Assembly (NCBI RefSeq): GCF_004010195.1
Contig: NC_057712.1
Location: forward strand, 68,313,872-68,377,871
Length of the DNA: 64,000 nucleotides
Direction: 5' to 3'
From: Chiloscyllium plagiosum
Taxonomy: Eukaryota
Below the pieces are notes generated by a model. That model ran no database searches. It was given only the letters and a program-made list of their open reading frames with translations, and was not told the DNA's origin. The stretch's first letter is position 1, and the number at the start of each line of letters is the position of its first letter. Made by a program: the position numbers and the translations under genes. Below are positions 1 to 13,148 of this stretch, piece by piece.

Positions 1-233
1 CACTTCCTGCTTTTATTAGAATTTATGTTGGGAATCGGGTTCCATTAGAAGGTGGGTGACCTACATTTTGAATTACAAAGGAAATAAAGTACATAAAAAG
101 TGCATGAAACCAAAAATGGTCCATAAACGTTGAAAGTAAGTTTTCATAATCGATTAACAAAAGGACTTTCAATGTTTTGAACTTTTTGTTTTAATCAATA
201 AGTGTTTTCTTAAACATTGACATTATCAATAGA

Positions 234-567
234 CTAGATTAGATTAGATTAGATTAGTTTAGATTCCCTACAGTGTGGAAACAGGCCCTTCGGCCCAACA
301 AGTCCACACCGACCCTCCGAAGAGCAACCCACCCAGACCCATTCCCCCTGACTAATGCACTTAACAATACGGGCAATTTAGCATGGCCAATTTCCCTAAC
401 CTGCACATCTTTGGAATGTGGGAGGAAACCAGAGCACCCGGAGGAAACCCACGCAGACATGGGGAGAATGTGCAAACTCCACACAAACCGTTGCCTGAGG
501 CGGGAATTGAACCTGGGTCCCTGGCGCTGTGAGGCAGCAGTACTAACTGCTTAGCCACCGTGCTGCC
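234..567 (-). mobile_element. tRNA-derived SINE (HE1-like elasmobranch SINE), near full length
   Basis: Minus strand begins GGCAGCACGGTGGCTAAGCAGTTAGTAC...GGTTCAATTCC (A/B-box tRNA-like head), has the conserved body seen in other copies here, and ends in a (TCTAA)n tail at about 234-262. Confidence 0.85.
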
Positions 568-2132
568 CTCCTGTAACATTATTTTATTTCTTCATTTTAT
601 GGGAGGTATTTAATAAACTGATGTTAACTTTGTTTCTCATTCTACAAATGCTGCCAGAACTGCTGAGAATCTTCATCATGTTTAGTTTTTATTTCTAATT
701 TTCAGCATCCATAGCATTTTTTCTTTTATGAAGATGAAAGATATCTAGAGTCGTGCATTTGTTTTGGCCAGCTTACCTGAAGGTGTCAATAACTGCACTG
801 AAACAGCTGAGAAAAGATTCTCTGGATTGCTTCCTTGAATAAAAGGGGCAGTGTTGAACCGATTGTACCTGTACTCATTGCAGCTTAGAATAAGAGATGA
901 TCATATTGAAGCATGTAAAATTCAGAGGGAGCGTGACTAGATAGATACTGAAAGAATTCTTCTCCTCACAGAAATATCTAAAACAAGGCGGAAGGATACA
1001 ATTTCAAATTAAGCAGCCTCCCATTTATTTTGAAGGTGAGGAGGAATTTCTTCTCTCAGAAGATTGCTAATCTTTGGAATTTTCAAACCAAATCAATAGT
1101 TACTAAATACATTCAAGGCTGAGTTAGACAAATTTTTGATCTACAAGGAGTTAAGAGCAGCAATCTGGAAATTAATTTAAAACCATAACCATGTCAGAAT
1201 ATGATTAATATTAAATGGCAGAGTAGATTCAGGGCAGTAAATGGACTACAACTACTCCCATTTCTTATAGGCTTATATTGTGTCCTTACGGGTGGTCATG
1301 CCATTACAGTAAGTCAGTCAGCAACTTGCAATGTGCACACATGTACAGTTAAAAATAAATTGGGAAACCTGCTATGAATTGTCCCTGCTCCTCCACATGC
1401 TTTGCCATACCAATGCCTCATAAAGACCAGGCATTAAAACACAGGGGTTTACATTTGCAACACTAGTTACCCAGCAAACAAGCCAAATATAGACTGGTCT
1501 TGTCCCTTTCAGCATCAACTTAATTTTAAATATCACAATATGTTTTAATTATTGTCAAACAATCTTTTTGCTCTGAAAAGCAAATTTGTCTAAGTGTGGA
1601 TTCACATTCCTTCAGATTATAAAGATTGTTTGCGTCTGCAAAATTAAAATGTTACTTTTTCTATCGCTGTTCACTGTAAATTTTATTTTTCTTTGATTCT
1701 CTGTACATAATTTGATACTGAATTAAAGTTCTCAATTTAGACTCTGTGTGCCTCAATGAGGATTGTTCAGCCCTGATTGGTTGAGCAGACACATTCTGTT
1801 TGTCCTTTTTAAACAGACTGAACATCCCCAAAGGAGGGTTTTGTGTTTTTTTAAACCATCTGATAAATTGTTATGATTATTTGAAATTTGGCATTCTTGC
1901 ATTTGTCCTGATGAGAAAGACAGAATAAAACTTCAGCAACACATCCCTCTGTTCAGCAATATTTAGGTCTATACAATCAAGCACCTATTTAAATTGCATC
2001 TATGCATTGTCTGCATTACATGCCTTTAGAACGTTTTAAACAATGATGGGAAAATAAATAAAATACTTAGCAGATAAAAGAGTTGAATAAAGCTTGCACT
2101 GTTAAAGGTTTCTGTTAAATCCTTCTATTTAC

Positions 2133-2289
2133 CTGTTCCCACAAATGGATCAAATACCAAGTCATTAGCTCTTGCTTTTGCGTGATTTGCCATTAGAAAT
2201 GCAAGACCTGCATCCATACTGGTATTCCCAATGAAATGACGCTTCTTCACACTGTATAAGTTGATTAACTCCCTTCGACCATCAGCAAG
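2133..2289 (-). CDS. TRMT11: tRNA (guanine-10-N2)-methyltransferase TRMT11, coding exon 7
   Basis: ttttag|LADGRRELINLYSVKKRHFIGNTSMDAGLAFLMANHAKARANDLVFDPFVGT G|gtaaat; 157 nt; contains the SAM-binding motif I DPFVGTG; gene continues beyond position 1. Confidence 0.97.
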
Positions 2290-2559
2290 CTAAAACAGAA
2301 TGGATCGTAGCAGCAAATTAAGTATTCACTTATTTTAATTCTCCAAACTTTTTCTTTAAGTATTCACTATTACCAGTCTTTTTGATGAAAATTATTTAAT
2401 GCTGCAATATATTTTACATTTTGATTAATGAGATATATACAAAACTTTCAATCAAGATTTCTAGCTTCTACTAATCAATAAATTTACCAATTCTCTGGAA
2501 TCCTTCATTGTATATCATTTAAACTCCTCAATCTACCAGGACTGAATGCCAAGACAAAG

Positions 2560-3356
2560 GATAGCATGTCCTGAACAGAGAATGTTGTCTACGGGTGATG
2601 TTGCATCAGTTGCCCAAATAGAATCAGCCCTGTTCCTGTGTCTTTTTGCCCCTCACCCTGAGCACCAAGGGAACTAGTATTGAACATGATGTTGTCTCTC
2701 CAAGTGTGATCGGACTGAACAACTCATCACTGAGAGTAGTCAGTGACATTCTGCTGCCTTGGATTTACGGTGACAAACACCCTGTCTATTAATGAAGAGC
2801 CCAGCATTTACAATGGAAAATCAGCCACTAACTATTGCCAACTCAAAAAACAGTCAGTCATTCAACAACCCTGACCCACAGGACTAAGATGCTCATCTAC
2901 AAGGCCCACATTTTCAGCATTCTGCTGCATCACTAAGTCCACAAATGAAGTAATCCTTTTCAGAGCAACTAATACTAAGCATGCTAATGAAGCACAGAAG
3001 GTTTGGCTGGCTTGGGCACATGTACAGGATGGATGATGGATGCATTCCCAAAGATATCTAAAGATATGTAGGTTAGGTGACTGGCCATGCTAAACTGCCC
3101 ACTGTGTTCAGGGATGTGTAAGTTAAGTGCATTAGTCTGGGGTAAATGTAGAGTAATAGGGTAGGGGAATGGGTTTGGGTGGGACACTCTTCAGAGAGTC
3201 AGTGTGGTCTTGTTGGGCAGAAGAGCCTGTTTCTACACTGTCGGGATTCTATGATTCTATGAAATACTGCTTGTGCAGATAACCCATGCCAAGAGATGGG
3301 CAAGATGTCTGAAGCTCTGATTCAAGGATGCTATCAAGAGACATGAAAGTCCTTAA
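2560..3356 (+). mobile_element. Old degenerate LINE remnant (RTE-like) with a nested partial SINE at about 3065-3260
   Basis: Decayed RT C-terminal-like sequence (rLrWLGHV..RMDDG.IPK at about 3000-3055); the SINE body and GATTCTAT tail interrupt it; the host continues after 4249. Confidence 0.5.
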
Positions 3357-3371
3357 CATCAATCATGACAA

Positions 3372-4234
3372 CACAGATGGCCTCCTTCTTCAAGGACCGC
3401 AATTTCCCCCCCGACGTGGTTTACGGTGCCCTCCACCGCATCTCCTCCATTTCCCGCTCCTCCGCCCTTGAGCCCCACCCCTCCAACCGCCACCAGGACA
3501 GAACCCCACTGGTCCTCACCTACCACCCCACCAATCTCCATGTACAGCGCATCATCCGCCGTCACTTCCGCCACCTCCAAACAGACCCAGCACCAAGGAT
3601 ATATTTCCCTCCCCCCCCCTAGCAGCTTTCTGTGGAGACCACTCCCTCCGCGACTCCCTTGTCAGATCCACACCCCCCACCGACCCAACCACCACTCCCG
3701 GCACCTTCCCTTGCAACCGCAGGAGGTGCAACACTTGCGCCCACACCTCCCCCCTCACTTCTCTCCAAGGCCCCAAGGGAAACTTCCATATCCGCCACAG
3801 ATTCACCTGCACCTCCACCCACATCATCTACTGCATCCGCTGCAGCCGGTGTGGCCTCCTCTATATTGGGGAAACAGGCCGCCTACTTGCGGAGCGATTC
3901 AGGGAGCACCTCTGGACCACCCGGACGAACCAACCCAATCACCCTGTAGCTCCTGACCTGCAGTCTTCTTCTTGACCTCTCCGCCTCCATCCTACTCCGA
4001 CCTATCACCCTCACCTTGACCTCTTTCCACCTATCACATTTCCAACGCCCCTCCTCCAAGTCCCTCCTCCCTACCTTTTATCTTCTCCTGCTGAACACTC
4101 TCTGCTCATTCCTGAAGAAGGGCCTGTGCCCGAAACGTCGAATCTCCTGTTCCCTGGATGCTGCCTGACCTGCTGTGCTGTTCCAGCAATAAAGTTTCAA
4201 CTTTGATCTCCAGCATCTGCAGACCTCACTTTCT
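3372..4234 (+). mobile_element. 5'-truncated Penelope-like element (Neptune-type): GIY-YIG endonuclease remnant plus 3' pseudo-LTR
   Basis: Frame +1 reads PGTFPCNRRRCNTC...IIYCIRCSRCGLLYIGETGRLLAERFREH (Cys-rich linker plus GIY-YIG); flanked by a perfect 15-bp direct repeat CATCAATCATGACAA (3357-3371, 4235-4249). Confidence 0.9.
4108..4143 (+). ncRNA. Minimal type I hammerhead ribozyme motif in the PLE pseudo-LTR
   Basis: ATTC-CTGAAGA-A-GGGC-CTGT-GCCC-GAAA-C-GTC-GAAT: stem I ATTC/GAAT, core CUGANGA, stem II GGGC/GCCC, GAAA, palindromic ACGT in place of stem III, GUC cleavage triplet. Confidence 0.8.
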
Positions 4235-5561
4235 CATCAATCATGACAAGTCAGAAACAGATGTCTAATGCAAACGGGATACCCACAGTGAGTGGAAATT
4301 CACCACTACCACAGAACGCGATTTCAGAAGCTCCAAAGCTAGGGCCACAACAAGGCATAAGCAGAGATTATCCTGTAAGATCAGGAAGGGATAACTTCAC
4401 ATGGGGACTCGTAGCAGAGTTTACCCTTCCAAAATTAGTTTATTCAGCAAGTGCAACACATGATCTCACCTAACCATGTAAAATTTCTGAGAATGCACTC
4501 CCATCATCCCTCATAGATGTAATTCTGCCAACCACTTACAATTACTTAAATTATTCAACAGAGGAAATTTTTGTTTTTTTAAACCTTCTAACTGGCCTCC
4601 CTTGAACACACTGATTCTTTGGGTACTGTAGATAAATATCCCCTGCTCCCTCCTGATCAATTGTCCATTCTTCAGGAATGTATCTATACAGTGTGGGAAA
4701 AAAAGGCTCATGCTCTTGCTCTGCTGACATAATGGAATGGAGCAAGATCACCACAGAGTTATAACCCTGCCTCCACTACAATTCCCAGGATCAGGTATTT
4801 ATATGAAGTAGGCAACTACCTACCATGCAGAGACACAGCTGATAGAGGAGGAGGAAGCTGAACTTCTGATGTTGAACAGTCACTGAAGCAAATAGAAGAG
4901 AGTAGCACAATGGGGCCCTTTTGGTGGAATGCCAGTTTTATCATTCACTGCAGTAATAGCATCAAGAGCATTACTGTCTTAAAGTACTGCACATCTGCTT
5001 CATTCAAATGTACAGTGTATTGGGGAACCAGATGCAGGATGGGAAGGAATTCCATTGGCCATATCATCTCAGCAGTACCACAAAGATAAAATAGATAAAG
5101 TACCCAACTCCTTTAGCTAAGGAAAACTTTAGCTCAGGACTCAGAATGGAGACCAGCATAACAAAACCCTGTGCTAGTTTTCACTCACTCCAATAACCAA
5201 AACCCTCGTAAACCAAATGTAAAACAGGGTTTAGAGCCCTCAAGTGTTTACAAGCTACTTAACTATGCAAGTCATCACATAAAAATACTAAACATCTATA
5301 TTCATTTTTATTTAAACCATGTTACAGTAGGTATCCTGGCTGGGTAGGTCCCCCCACAGGTTAAGCATGGAGGTCAATTGAGCCATTCCACTACCAGTCA
5401 TGTTCAGACTAACTAAACCAGTACTGATGAGGGGTTAAAACTTCAGACATTTTCTTGTTTGCACTTCAAACAGGATATTCATCCAGTGAGGGAGGAATAC
5501 AAAAATGTTAATATCAATGAATAATAAATTTCCATAGAAGAAATGATTCTACAAATCTCAC

Positions 5562-5696
5562 CCATCTTCCAAAGTAAATAGAAAAGGGTTGCTCTGGAGC
5601 GTTATTCGGATCTGTGCCATAGTCTTCAAGTAACCAAAACACATGCTCTGGATTCTTTAGATTCACTGTTCCTTGAAAGGGAAGAAAGTCTAAACT
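5562..5696 (-). CDS. TRMT11: TRMT11 coding exon 6
   Basis: acag|SLDFLPFQGTVNLKNPEHVFWLLEDYGTDPNNAPEQPFSIYFGRW|gtgaga; 135 nt, phase consistent with neighbouring exons. Confidence 0.97.
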
Positions 5697-5984
5697 CTGT
5701 AAAGAACATGAAATAACATTTGAGACAAAATTACATGTTCATCAGAACATTTTTTTTTTACATTTGGACAACTTAGATTATTAGACCAATGCATTGGTTG
5801 GCATGTTAGTCTTGTGATAAAGACAGTATCCAGTACTTTGTATAATCGTCTTATGGAATGGCCCAGGCTTCACTCTTACTTTCTAATATTTATAAAGCAT
5901 TGAAGGCCACCTTTTTAGTTATAAGACATAGGTGATTTATAACCACAGTTTCAGTAGGAAAATTCAGGCTTGGTGAGATTTTTG

Positions 5985-6660
5985 TATTTACTTGTGGATA
6001 TTGTTGGCAGGGCCAGCATTTCTTGCCCTTCCCTAGGTGCTTTTGAGAAGGTGGTGGGTGAGCTGCTTTCTTAAACTGCTGCAGTCCATGTGCTGTAGGT
6101 ACACCCACAATGACATTAGAGAGGGAACTCCAGGATTTTGACTCAGCAACAGTGAAGGAATAGCAATACATTCCCAAGTCAGGATGGTGAGTGGGTTGGA
6201 GGGGGACATGCTGGTGGTGATATTCCCATGTATCTGATACCCTTGTTCTTCCAGATAGAAGTGGTCGTGGGTTTGGAAGGAGCTGTCTAAGGATTTTTGA
6301 TGAACTTCTGCAGTATGTCTTGTAGACAGTACACACTGTTGCTACTGTCTGTCAATGGTGGAATGATTGAATGTTTGTGAATGTAACGCGAATCAAGACA
6401 ACTGTCTTGTCCCTGGTGGCCTTAAGCTAGAGTGTTGTTGGAGCTGAACTCATTCAGGCAAGTGAGGTATATTCCATCCATTGCTGATTTATGCCTTGTT
6501 GATAATGAACAGGTTTTGAGGTGACAGGAGGCCAGTTTGTCCCTGCAAAATTCCTAGCTTCTGACTTGCTGTTGCAGTCATTGTATTTATAAGGCTAGTC
6601 CAGTTCAGTTTCTGGTCAATGGCAATTCTCAGGATGTTGACAGTGGGGGTGTCAGTGATA
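5985..6660 (-). mobile_element. Old LINE 3' fragment (CR1/L2-like)
   Basis: Decayed RT C-terminus (LGVTIDQKLNW-like) and a 3' UTR shared with the copies at about 42700-42950, 20915-21145 and 59870-60010. Confidence 0.6.
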
Positions 6661-7338
6661 GTATTTATCCTTATGCTAATGTGCAGCAACTTAACATACA
6701 CACAACAAATTCTCTCTGACTTCTGTGGACACCCTTTTATTCTGTCCTTGGAATGAGATGTGAATGATACTGAAATTACACATCCCTCAATGCACCAAGA
6801 GGCTGAAGAGTCACCTGTGTAGTGAGGGGCTGAAGACATAAATAAGCCAGGCTAGGCAAAGGCAGTAGGTCCTTTTCATCAACCACTGGTGTCTCAGTTT
6901 AGTGTCTCACACTAACTGGCAGTTGCGTAGTTACTTTCCCGATGAAGAGTCATCATGTATTTCACAAATGAATTGAACTCTGAACCTCGGACTGACTAGC
7001 AAGTCCTATAAACAATAGATTACCCTCACCTTACCCTTAGATCAAAGGATCTTTTGTTATTTTCTTCAGCAAATGCAATTCTTCAAACCAGCAGTCACCC
7101 TTTCCCAATGATTCACTCTGACCTGACAGCAAGTTCTAATCAGTCCTTTCCTAACACACGTGCATCTTACACATTCCCACTCTATCTCCTGGTGTTTCTA
7201 CCTGATGTTCTCTCACAATCTGAGTGACACTGGAAAGCATGGAATGGTACCCACTGCTAGTTGCCCCAAGATGATAATACTGGGTCTTCTCCTTGAAGCA
7301 CTTTAGTCCTTGTAGTGAGGAGTATCTCCCAGATCTAG

Positions 7339-10300
7339 ACAATTGGTGGATCTGAACAAAGAATTAGGATTAGTAGATGTATGGAGATGTCTTCATCCAC
7401 AGGGCAGAGATTTTTCTTTCTACTCCAATCCACATAAATGTCATACCAGAATTGATATGTTTTTTGCCCCCTCGATTTTTTTAAATTCCGTATCATCCTG
7501 TAAAATAGGTAGTATAGCAATTTCCGACCACGCTGCTGTATATATGGAAACTAAGGCGAGGAACAATGGGACATCCCCTCGGCATTGGCGTATGGACCCC
7601 TTCCTAATGAAAGATAGTAAATTTGTAAAGTACTTTGCTCAAGAATTTAAAACTTTTTTAGAAATTAATTCAGGTACGGCTAGCAACCCATCAATGATGT
7701 GGGAGACCATCAAAGCTTACATGCGAGGTTTGATCATGTCCTACTCAGCGACCCAGAAAAAATTGAAGGGAGAACAACAGCGTCTGCTTGAAGCCCGCTT
7801 AAAAGCAGCTGAAACAGCATACACTGACAGACCTTCTATTATTAAATTGCAAAGGATTACGGCTCTTAGGACAGCTCTAAACACTACGCTTACTCAAACG
7901 GCTAAGAGGGAAATATTATTTGCAAAACAAAGGTTATATGAATATGGTGGCAAACCGGGTAGATACTTAGCATTTCTTGCAAAGAAAAGAAAGGCCCCTC
8001 AGACTATTACATCTATCAAGGAAAGTATGGGTATTTTGACTCATGATCATAAAAAGATTAAGGCGATCTTTAGAGAATTTTATTCTGAGTTATATAAATC
8101 GCAGGATTGTGAAGACAGGACTAGGAGGATGCAGTCATTTTTAAAAAAATTGACCTTTCCGGGCCTAACTCCGGAACAGGTATTGGTCCTAAATGCTACT
8201 CTAACAGTCCAAGAAATACTTGATGCAATTAGGCAACTTCAGAGCGGTAAGGCACCGGGCCCAGATGATAAAGAATTCACAGAAATATTGGCTGGTCCAC
8301 TCATGGACATGTATAACTATGCATATAGTCAGGGCTGTCTCCCGCCTTCGCTGAAGGAGGCAAATATCTCTCTTATCCTTAAAAAAGGAAAGTTATCCAG
8401 AAGATTGTGCGTCATAGACCAATATCCTTGCTAAATGTAGATTTTAAAATCCCCTCTAAAACGTTAGCACTGAGATTAGAAAGGATACTGCCACATATTA
8501 TAAAGGAGGATCAGACGGGGTTTAATAAGGGCCGTAGATCATCCAATAATATTAGAAGGGTTTTGAATATGATTCAAGCCTGTCATCAGGGAAAGATACC
8601 ACCAAGAAATAGTTGATGCAATTAGGCACCTTCAAAATGGTAAGGCGCCGGGCCCAGATGGTTTTCAAGCTGAATTCTATAAAGAGTTTACAGAATTACT
8701 GGCTGGTCCACTTATGGACATGTATAACTATGCATATAGTCAGGGCTGTCTCCCGCCTTCGCTGAAAGAGGCAAATATCTCTCTTATCCTTATAAAAGGA
8801 AAGGACCCAGAAGATTGTCCATCATACAGACCAATATCCTTGCTAAATGTAGATTTTAAAATCCTCTTTAAAACGTTAGCACTGAGACTAGAAAGGATAC
8901 TGCCACATATTATAAAGGAGGATCAGACGGGGTTTATTCAGGGCCGTAGATCATCCAATAATGTTAGAAGGGCTCTGAATATGATTCAAGCTTGTCATCA
9001 GGGAAAGATACCAGGAGTAGTGGTTTCATTCGACGCGGAAAAGGCATTTGATAGGGTCGGATGGTCATATTTGTTTTACATATTGGTGAGGTTTGGCGTT
9101 GGACAGGTGTTTACCAAATGGGTCTCAACATTGTATAGTGATCCTAAAGCAGTTGTGGTTACCAATGGATTAGGCTCGGATAGCTTCAGTGTGGGTCGGG
9201 GCTGCCGTCAGGGATGTCCCCTCTCGCCATTGTTATTCACGCTAATAATTGAACCACTAGCAGAAGCTATACGAGCTGATCCTAATATAACGGCCCCGAG
9301 GATTGGTACAGGTAAACATAAAATTACCCTTTATGCAGATGATGTTCTTCTATTCCTCAGTAACCCTTTGATGTCCATACCTCGCTTAATCCAAGTTATT
9401 AATACATTTAGTGCATTCTCAGGCTATAAAATTAATTTTTCAAAATCGGAGGCTATGCCAATGGGTGGTCTTGCTGTGATACCCCGCTTAGCGGACGGTT
9501 CCCTTTTTCCCTTTCGCTGGTCCCTGGGGGGTTTCTTATATTTAGGCATTTTTATTACTCCAGTATTTGGTCAGTTGTATAAGGCTAATTTTGTGTATTT
9601 ATTGGAAAGGATAAGGCAGGACCTCCAGCGATGGGGAGTCCTTCCAATTTCCTGGTTGGGTAGAATAGCACTAATTAAAATGAATGTCCTGCCCCGTCTC
9701 CTTTATCCTATGAGAATGCTTCCGGTGATGCTGTAGAGGACGGTTCTATGTAAATTATATGGCTGGCTGGATTCATAGACGGCCCTTCATTAAGCTGAAG
9801 AAGCTACAGCTTCCACAGGCAAGGGGAGGATTGGACTTCCCAGACTTAAGGAAATATCAGTTAAGTTCCCTATTAAGTTACATAGCTGATTGGGTCTTGC
9901 CTGATCCACAATCAATCTGGTTGGACATCGAGGCCTCTCAAGTAAAATACCCACTTATTAACCTTTTATTTTCAGACAAGAGGAAAATCATTACAGATCA
10001 CTGCAAAAACCCTATAATACTAAACACAATTAAGACTTGGAATATAATGCAGCAAAATGAGAGTAATTCACATAAAACATCCCCCTATGCACCAATAGTG
10101 GGAGCATGGGGATTCCAACCGGGGTTTACAGATGCCACTTTTAAACTCTGGAGATCCAGGGGTATCTCATGTCTCGGGGACCTATTTAAAGATGGGGTCC
10201 TGATGTCTTTTGAACAGCTGCATAAGAAATTCGGATTACCTAATGGAGACCTCTTTCGATACTTCCAAATTCGAGACTACATACAGAGGAAGACTACGTT

Positions 10301-11331
10301 ATTAGATAGTCTTTATAAATCCGATAGAGAATGTAGTGTCCTACGACCAGTGGGGGTATCTTCCGTCAGTACTATTTATCATTTACTACAAGATGAAGTA
10401 TCGGGAGAGATGGATAATCTGCTTAAAACATGGGATCAGGATTTGGGACTAGAAATCTCTATAGAAACATGGAATGATATTTGGGAAAACACTAGAAGAA
10501 TTACTATCTGTAACAGAACCCAGGCTATCCAGCTGAAGATACTTCATAGGGCCCATATAGCACCGGTTCGATTGGCAAAATTTAAGGCAGGAGCATCTCC
10601 GTTTCCCAAATGTAAAATAGAGGTGGGCACTCTTGTACATTATCTACGGAGCTTATGACAGGTCCATAGGCATTGGATTAAAGTAGCAAGTACCCTGACA
10701 GAAATTTTAGGAACGAAAATTAAAGTGGACTCTGTATCTCTCCTTTTGGGCTTTTCAAACTTTCCCTCCCTGGACATGTACGGGAAGAGACTATTCTCTC
10801 TTTCTGTGCAAGGAAAAATATTTTGGTGAACTGGGTGGCTGAGGGCCCCCCTGGAATTTCAAATTGGCACAGATTAATTATGGAATGTATTCCCCTTGAC
10901 TTCCTTACAAATATGGTGCACCGAAAGACCGAATTATTTTATAAAATATGGCAGCCCTTCTTGAATTACATAAATACAGATATTTCGGCTATCCTAACAA
11001 GGGCTTTTATTTAATTGAGATTACAAACCTGGTTGATCCGGGGCCCCTTAGGAGAGGAATCCCACACAAATACGGGTTTTATTACATTTGATGTTAACAC
11101 ATTCCGAGCATGTAAGAGACTTAAATATACACTCTGGTTAGTTGTAGGTTAGATTAGTAGATAGTTGAGTTTTGTTTTTTTTTTCCTTTTTCGGTATTTT
11201 TTCTTTTGTTAAATTTTGGCTATTGTATATTTGATTTAATTGTATATCAATGTTTGTATTTGAGAGTTTTGTTTATTTTTGTAAACTTGTAAAAATGTTA
11301 AATCGCTAATAAAAATATCTATTAAAAAAAA
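7339..11331 (+). mobile_element. 5'-truncated L1-clade LINE: ORF2 (endonuclease end, RT, C-terminal domain), 3' UTR and poly(A)
   Basis: ORF track 7343-8434, 8714-9736, 9759-10658 and 10823-11014 give TRIDMFF, SDH, KAPGPD, YRPISLLN, DAEKAFD, RQGCPLSPLLF, YADD, YLGI; AATAAA at about 11308 and an A-tract at about 11323-11331; disrupted by stops and frameshifts. Confidence 0.95.
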
Positions 11332-11526
11332 GATTGAGAGGTAATCGCATTTAAACATATAGGATCCTTAAGAACAATGAGACAGGAAATGATGAGAGGA
11401 CATTTGTCCTCATTGGAGAGTCTCGGATAAGAAGGCACAGCTTAGAGTTAATGGGTGATAATTTAAGATAGAGTAATTTCTTTTCTCAGAGAGTTGAAGG
11501 TCTTTAAAACTCCTTGCCAAAGACAG

Positions 11527-11612
11527 CTGAAGAAGGGTTACACCCAAAATGTTGATTTCTCCACCTCCTGATGCTGCCTGGCTTGTTGTGTTCTTCCAGC
11601 CTCCTGCTTGAA
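11527..11612 (+). mobile_element. Short PLE pseudo-LTR insertion with a degenerate hammerhead, nested in a CR1 3' fragment
   Basis: CTGAAGAAGGGTTACACCCAAAATGTTG followed by the ...GATGCTGCCTGGCTTG... tail also seen at 51418-51500. Confidence 0.6.
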
Positions 11613-11899
11613 TACAGAGAGCTGTGAGAGCAGAATCTTTGTGTATATTTAAGGCTCAGATAGATAGACTCTTGATCAGTAGGGGAAATCAAGAGTTACA
11701 GGGAAAACGCAGAGAAATGGGTATGAGAATGTCGGATGAACCATGATCCAGTTGAAGGATGGAGCAGACTCGAGGGACCAAACGGCTCACTCATGATCCT
11801 ATTTCGTATGGTCTTCAAACTTAATTAAAATGCTTGCTGCTTTCAGCATTCTTGACAAGAAATTAGACTGTGAGATTAGTTAAATAGTTATATAGTATA

Positions 11900-12252
11900 G
11901 GCAGCACAGTGGCTCAGTGGTTAGCACTGTTGCCTCACACCCCTAGGGATCCAGATTCAGTTCCAACCTCAGGTGACTGTGGAGTTTACACATTCGCCGT
12001 GTCAGTGTAGGTTTCCTCCAGGTGTTCCGGTTTTCCCCCTCAGTCCAAAGATGTGCAGGCTAGGTGGACTGGACATGCAAAATTGCCCATAATGTCTAGG
12101 GATGTACAGGCTAGGTGGATTAGCCATGGGAAATGCAGGATTACAGGGATAGGGTAGGGGAGTGGATCTTGGTGGGATGCTGTTGGAGGGTTGGTGTGAA
12201 CTCAACAGGCCAAGAGGTCTGCTTCCACACTGGAGGGATTCTGCAATTCTAT
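11900..12252 (+). mobile_element. HE1-like SINE
   Basis: GGCAGCACAGTGGCTCAGTGGTTAGCAC head, same body as the copies at 234-567 and 47833-48135. Confidence 0.8.
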
Positions 12253-12878
12253 TGGCTGAAGAAAAAGACATTTCCCTAAATTATTGATGAAAATGTATAA
12301 TAAGAATAGCAAGTCAAAACATTGAGAAGATTAAAGATTTTCCCAGAGCAAATTATTATATAAAATCTTCCATTATTTTCACAAGTGTATCAAATTTGAG
12401 CAAAAGTGGCTACCATAAATAAAGCAAGTCTTAGGTAAATCACCTTGTCTCTCATCTGTCCCAAAGATTGGGAATCATGTTCTAAAACCACAATTGGCAT
12501 CTGAAACTTTATTCAAGTTCTCATTTTTCTATTTGCGTGGTAAGATGGTGCCAACAGTTAGCTATTATAAACACCATCAGTACAGTCTGACCTCATCCCC
12601 AATATTTTGCAGGAATCACTTCTCCCACTTTAACCTAGGTGTGTTTAAAACAATTTTTGTGCCACCTTCTGACCATTGAATCTAGTGAGGAACAAGGATG
12701 AAAAACCTTGATAGCGTGTGCCATTAGTTACACACTTAGCAATTAGTTACCAACTGAGGCACTGAGGAAGCTATTTTCTCCATCTTAATATTCTCAAACT
12801 TCTAGATTAATCAATATTGGTGAGAAAAGAAACATAAGCTAAACCATAGACAGTAGATTGAAGAAATATCATACATAC

Positions 12879-12971
12879 ATCTATCTTTTGAATCCTTTCT
12901 TTTTGTGTCAGTGTTTTATTGAACGCATAAACCGTTATCTGATAGGTTGAACCACATTGAAGGAATGGGAT
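12879..12971 (-). CDS. TRMT11: TRMT11 coding exon 5
   Basis: ttcag|IPFLQCGSTYQITVYAFNKTLTQKERIQKID|gtatgt; 93 nt. Confidence 0.96.
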
Positions 12972-13066
12972 CTGAAGTAGAAAAAATAAATATGGTTAAT
13001 TTAATTCAGACCTATAGTTTTAGCAATATACACAAGACAATGTAGATGATTCCTGTGCATACACAC

Positions 13067-13148
13067 CATTCTGTCTGCAGGATAATTTTTCAGTGAGTTA
13101 TAAAGTTCTTCGTGTGTTCTTCCTTGACCCCACAACTCAAATATTGAT
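13067..13148 (-). CDS. TRMT11: TRMT11 coding exon 4
   Basis: ttgcag|A SIFELWGQGRTHEELYNSLKNYPADRM|gtgtgt; 82 nt, completes the split Lys codon from exon 3. Confidence 0.96.

Noticed and set aside
254-579. Recurrent 60-100 aa ORFs (CGRKPEHPEETH type) here and at other SINEs
   Set aside because: Chance reading frames in SINE sequence.
1-2132. TRMT11 exon 8
   Set aside because: No GxLxxxAHFG-like coding segment found; it probably lies left of the window.
3426-3956. Pro/His-rich ORFs of 176 and 105 aa
   Set aside because: Alternative frames of a C-rich Penelope remnant; the meaningful frame is the GIY-YIG one.
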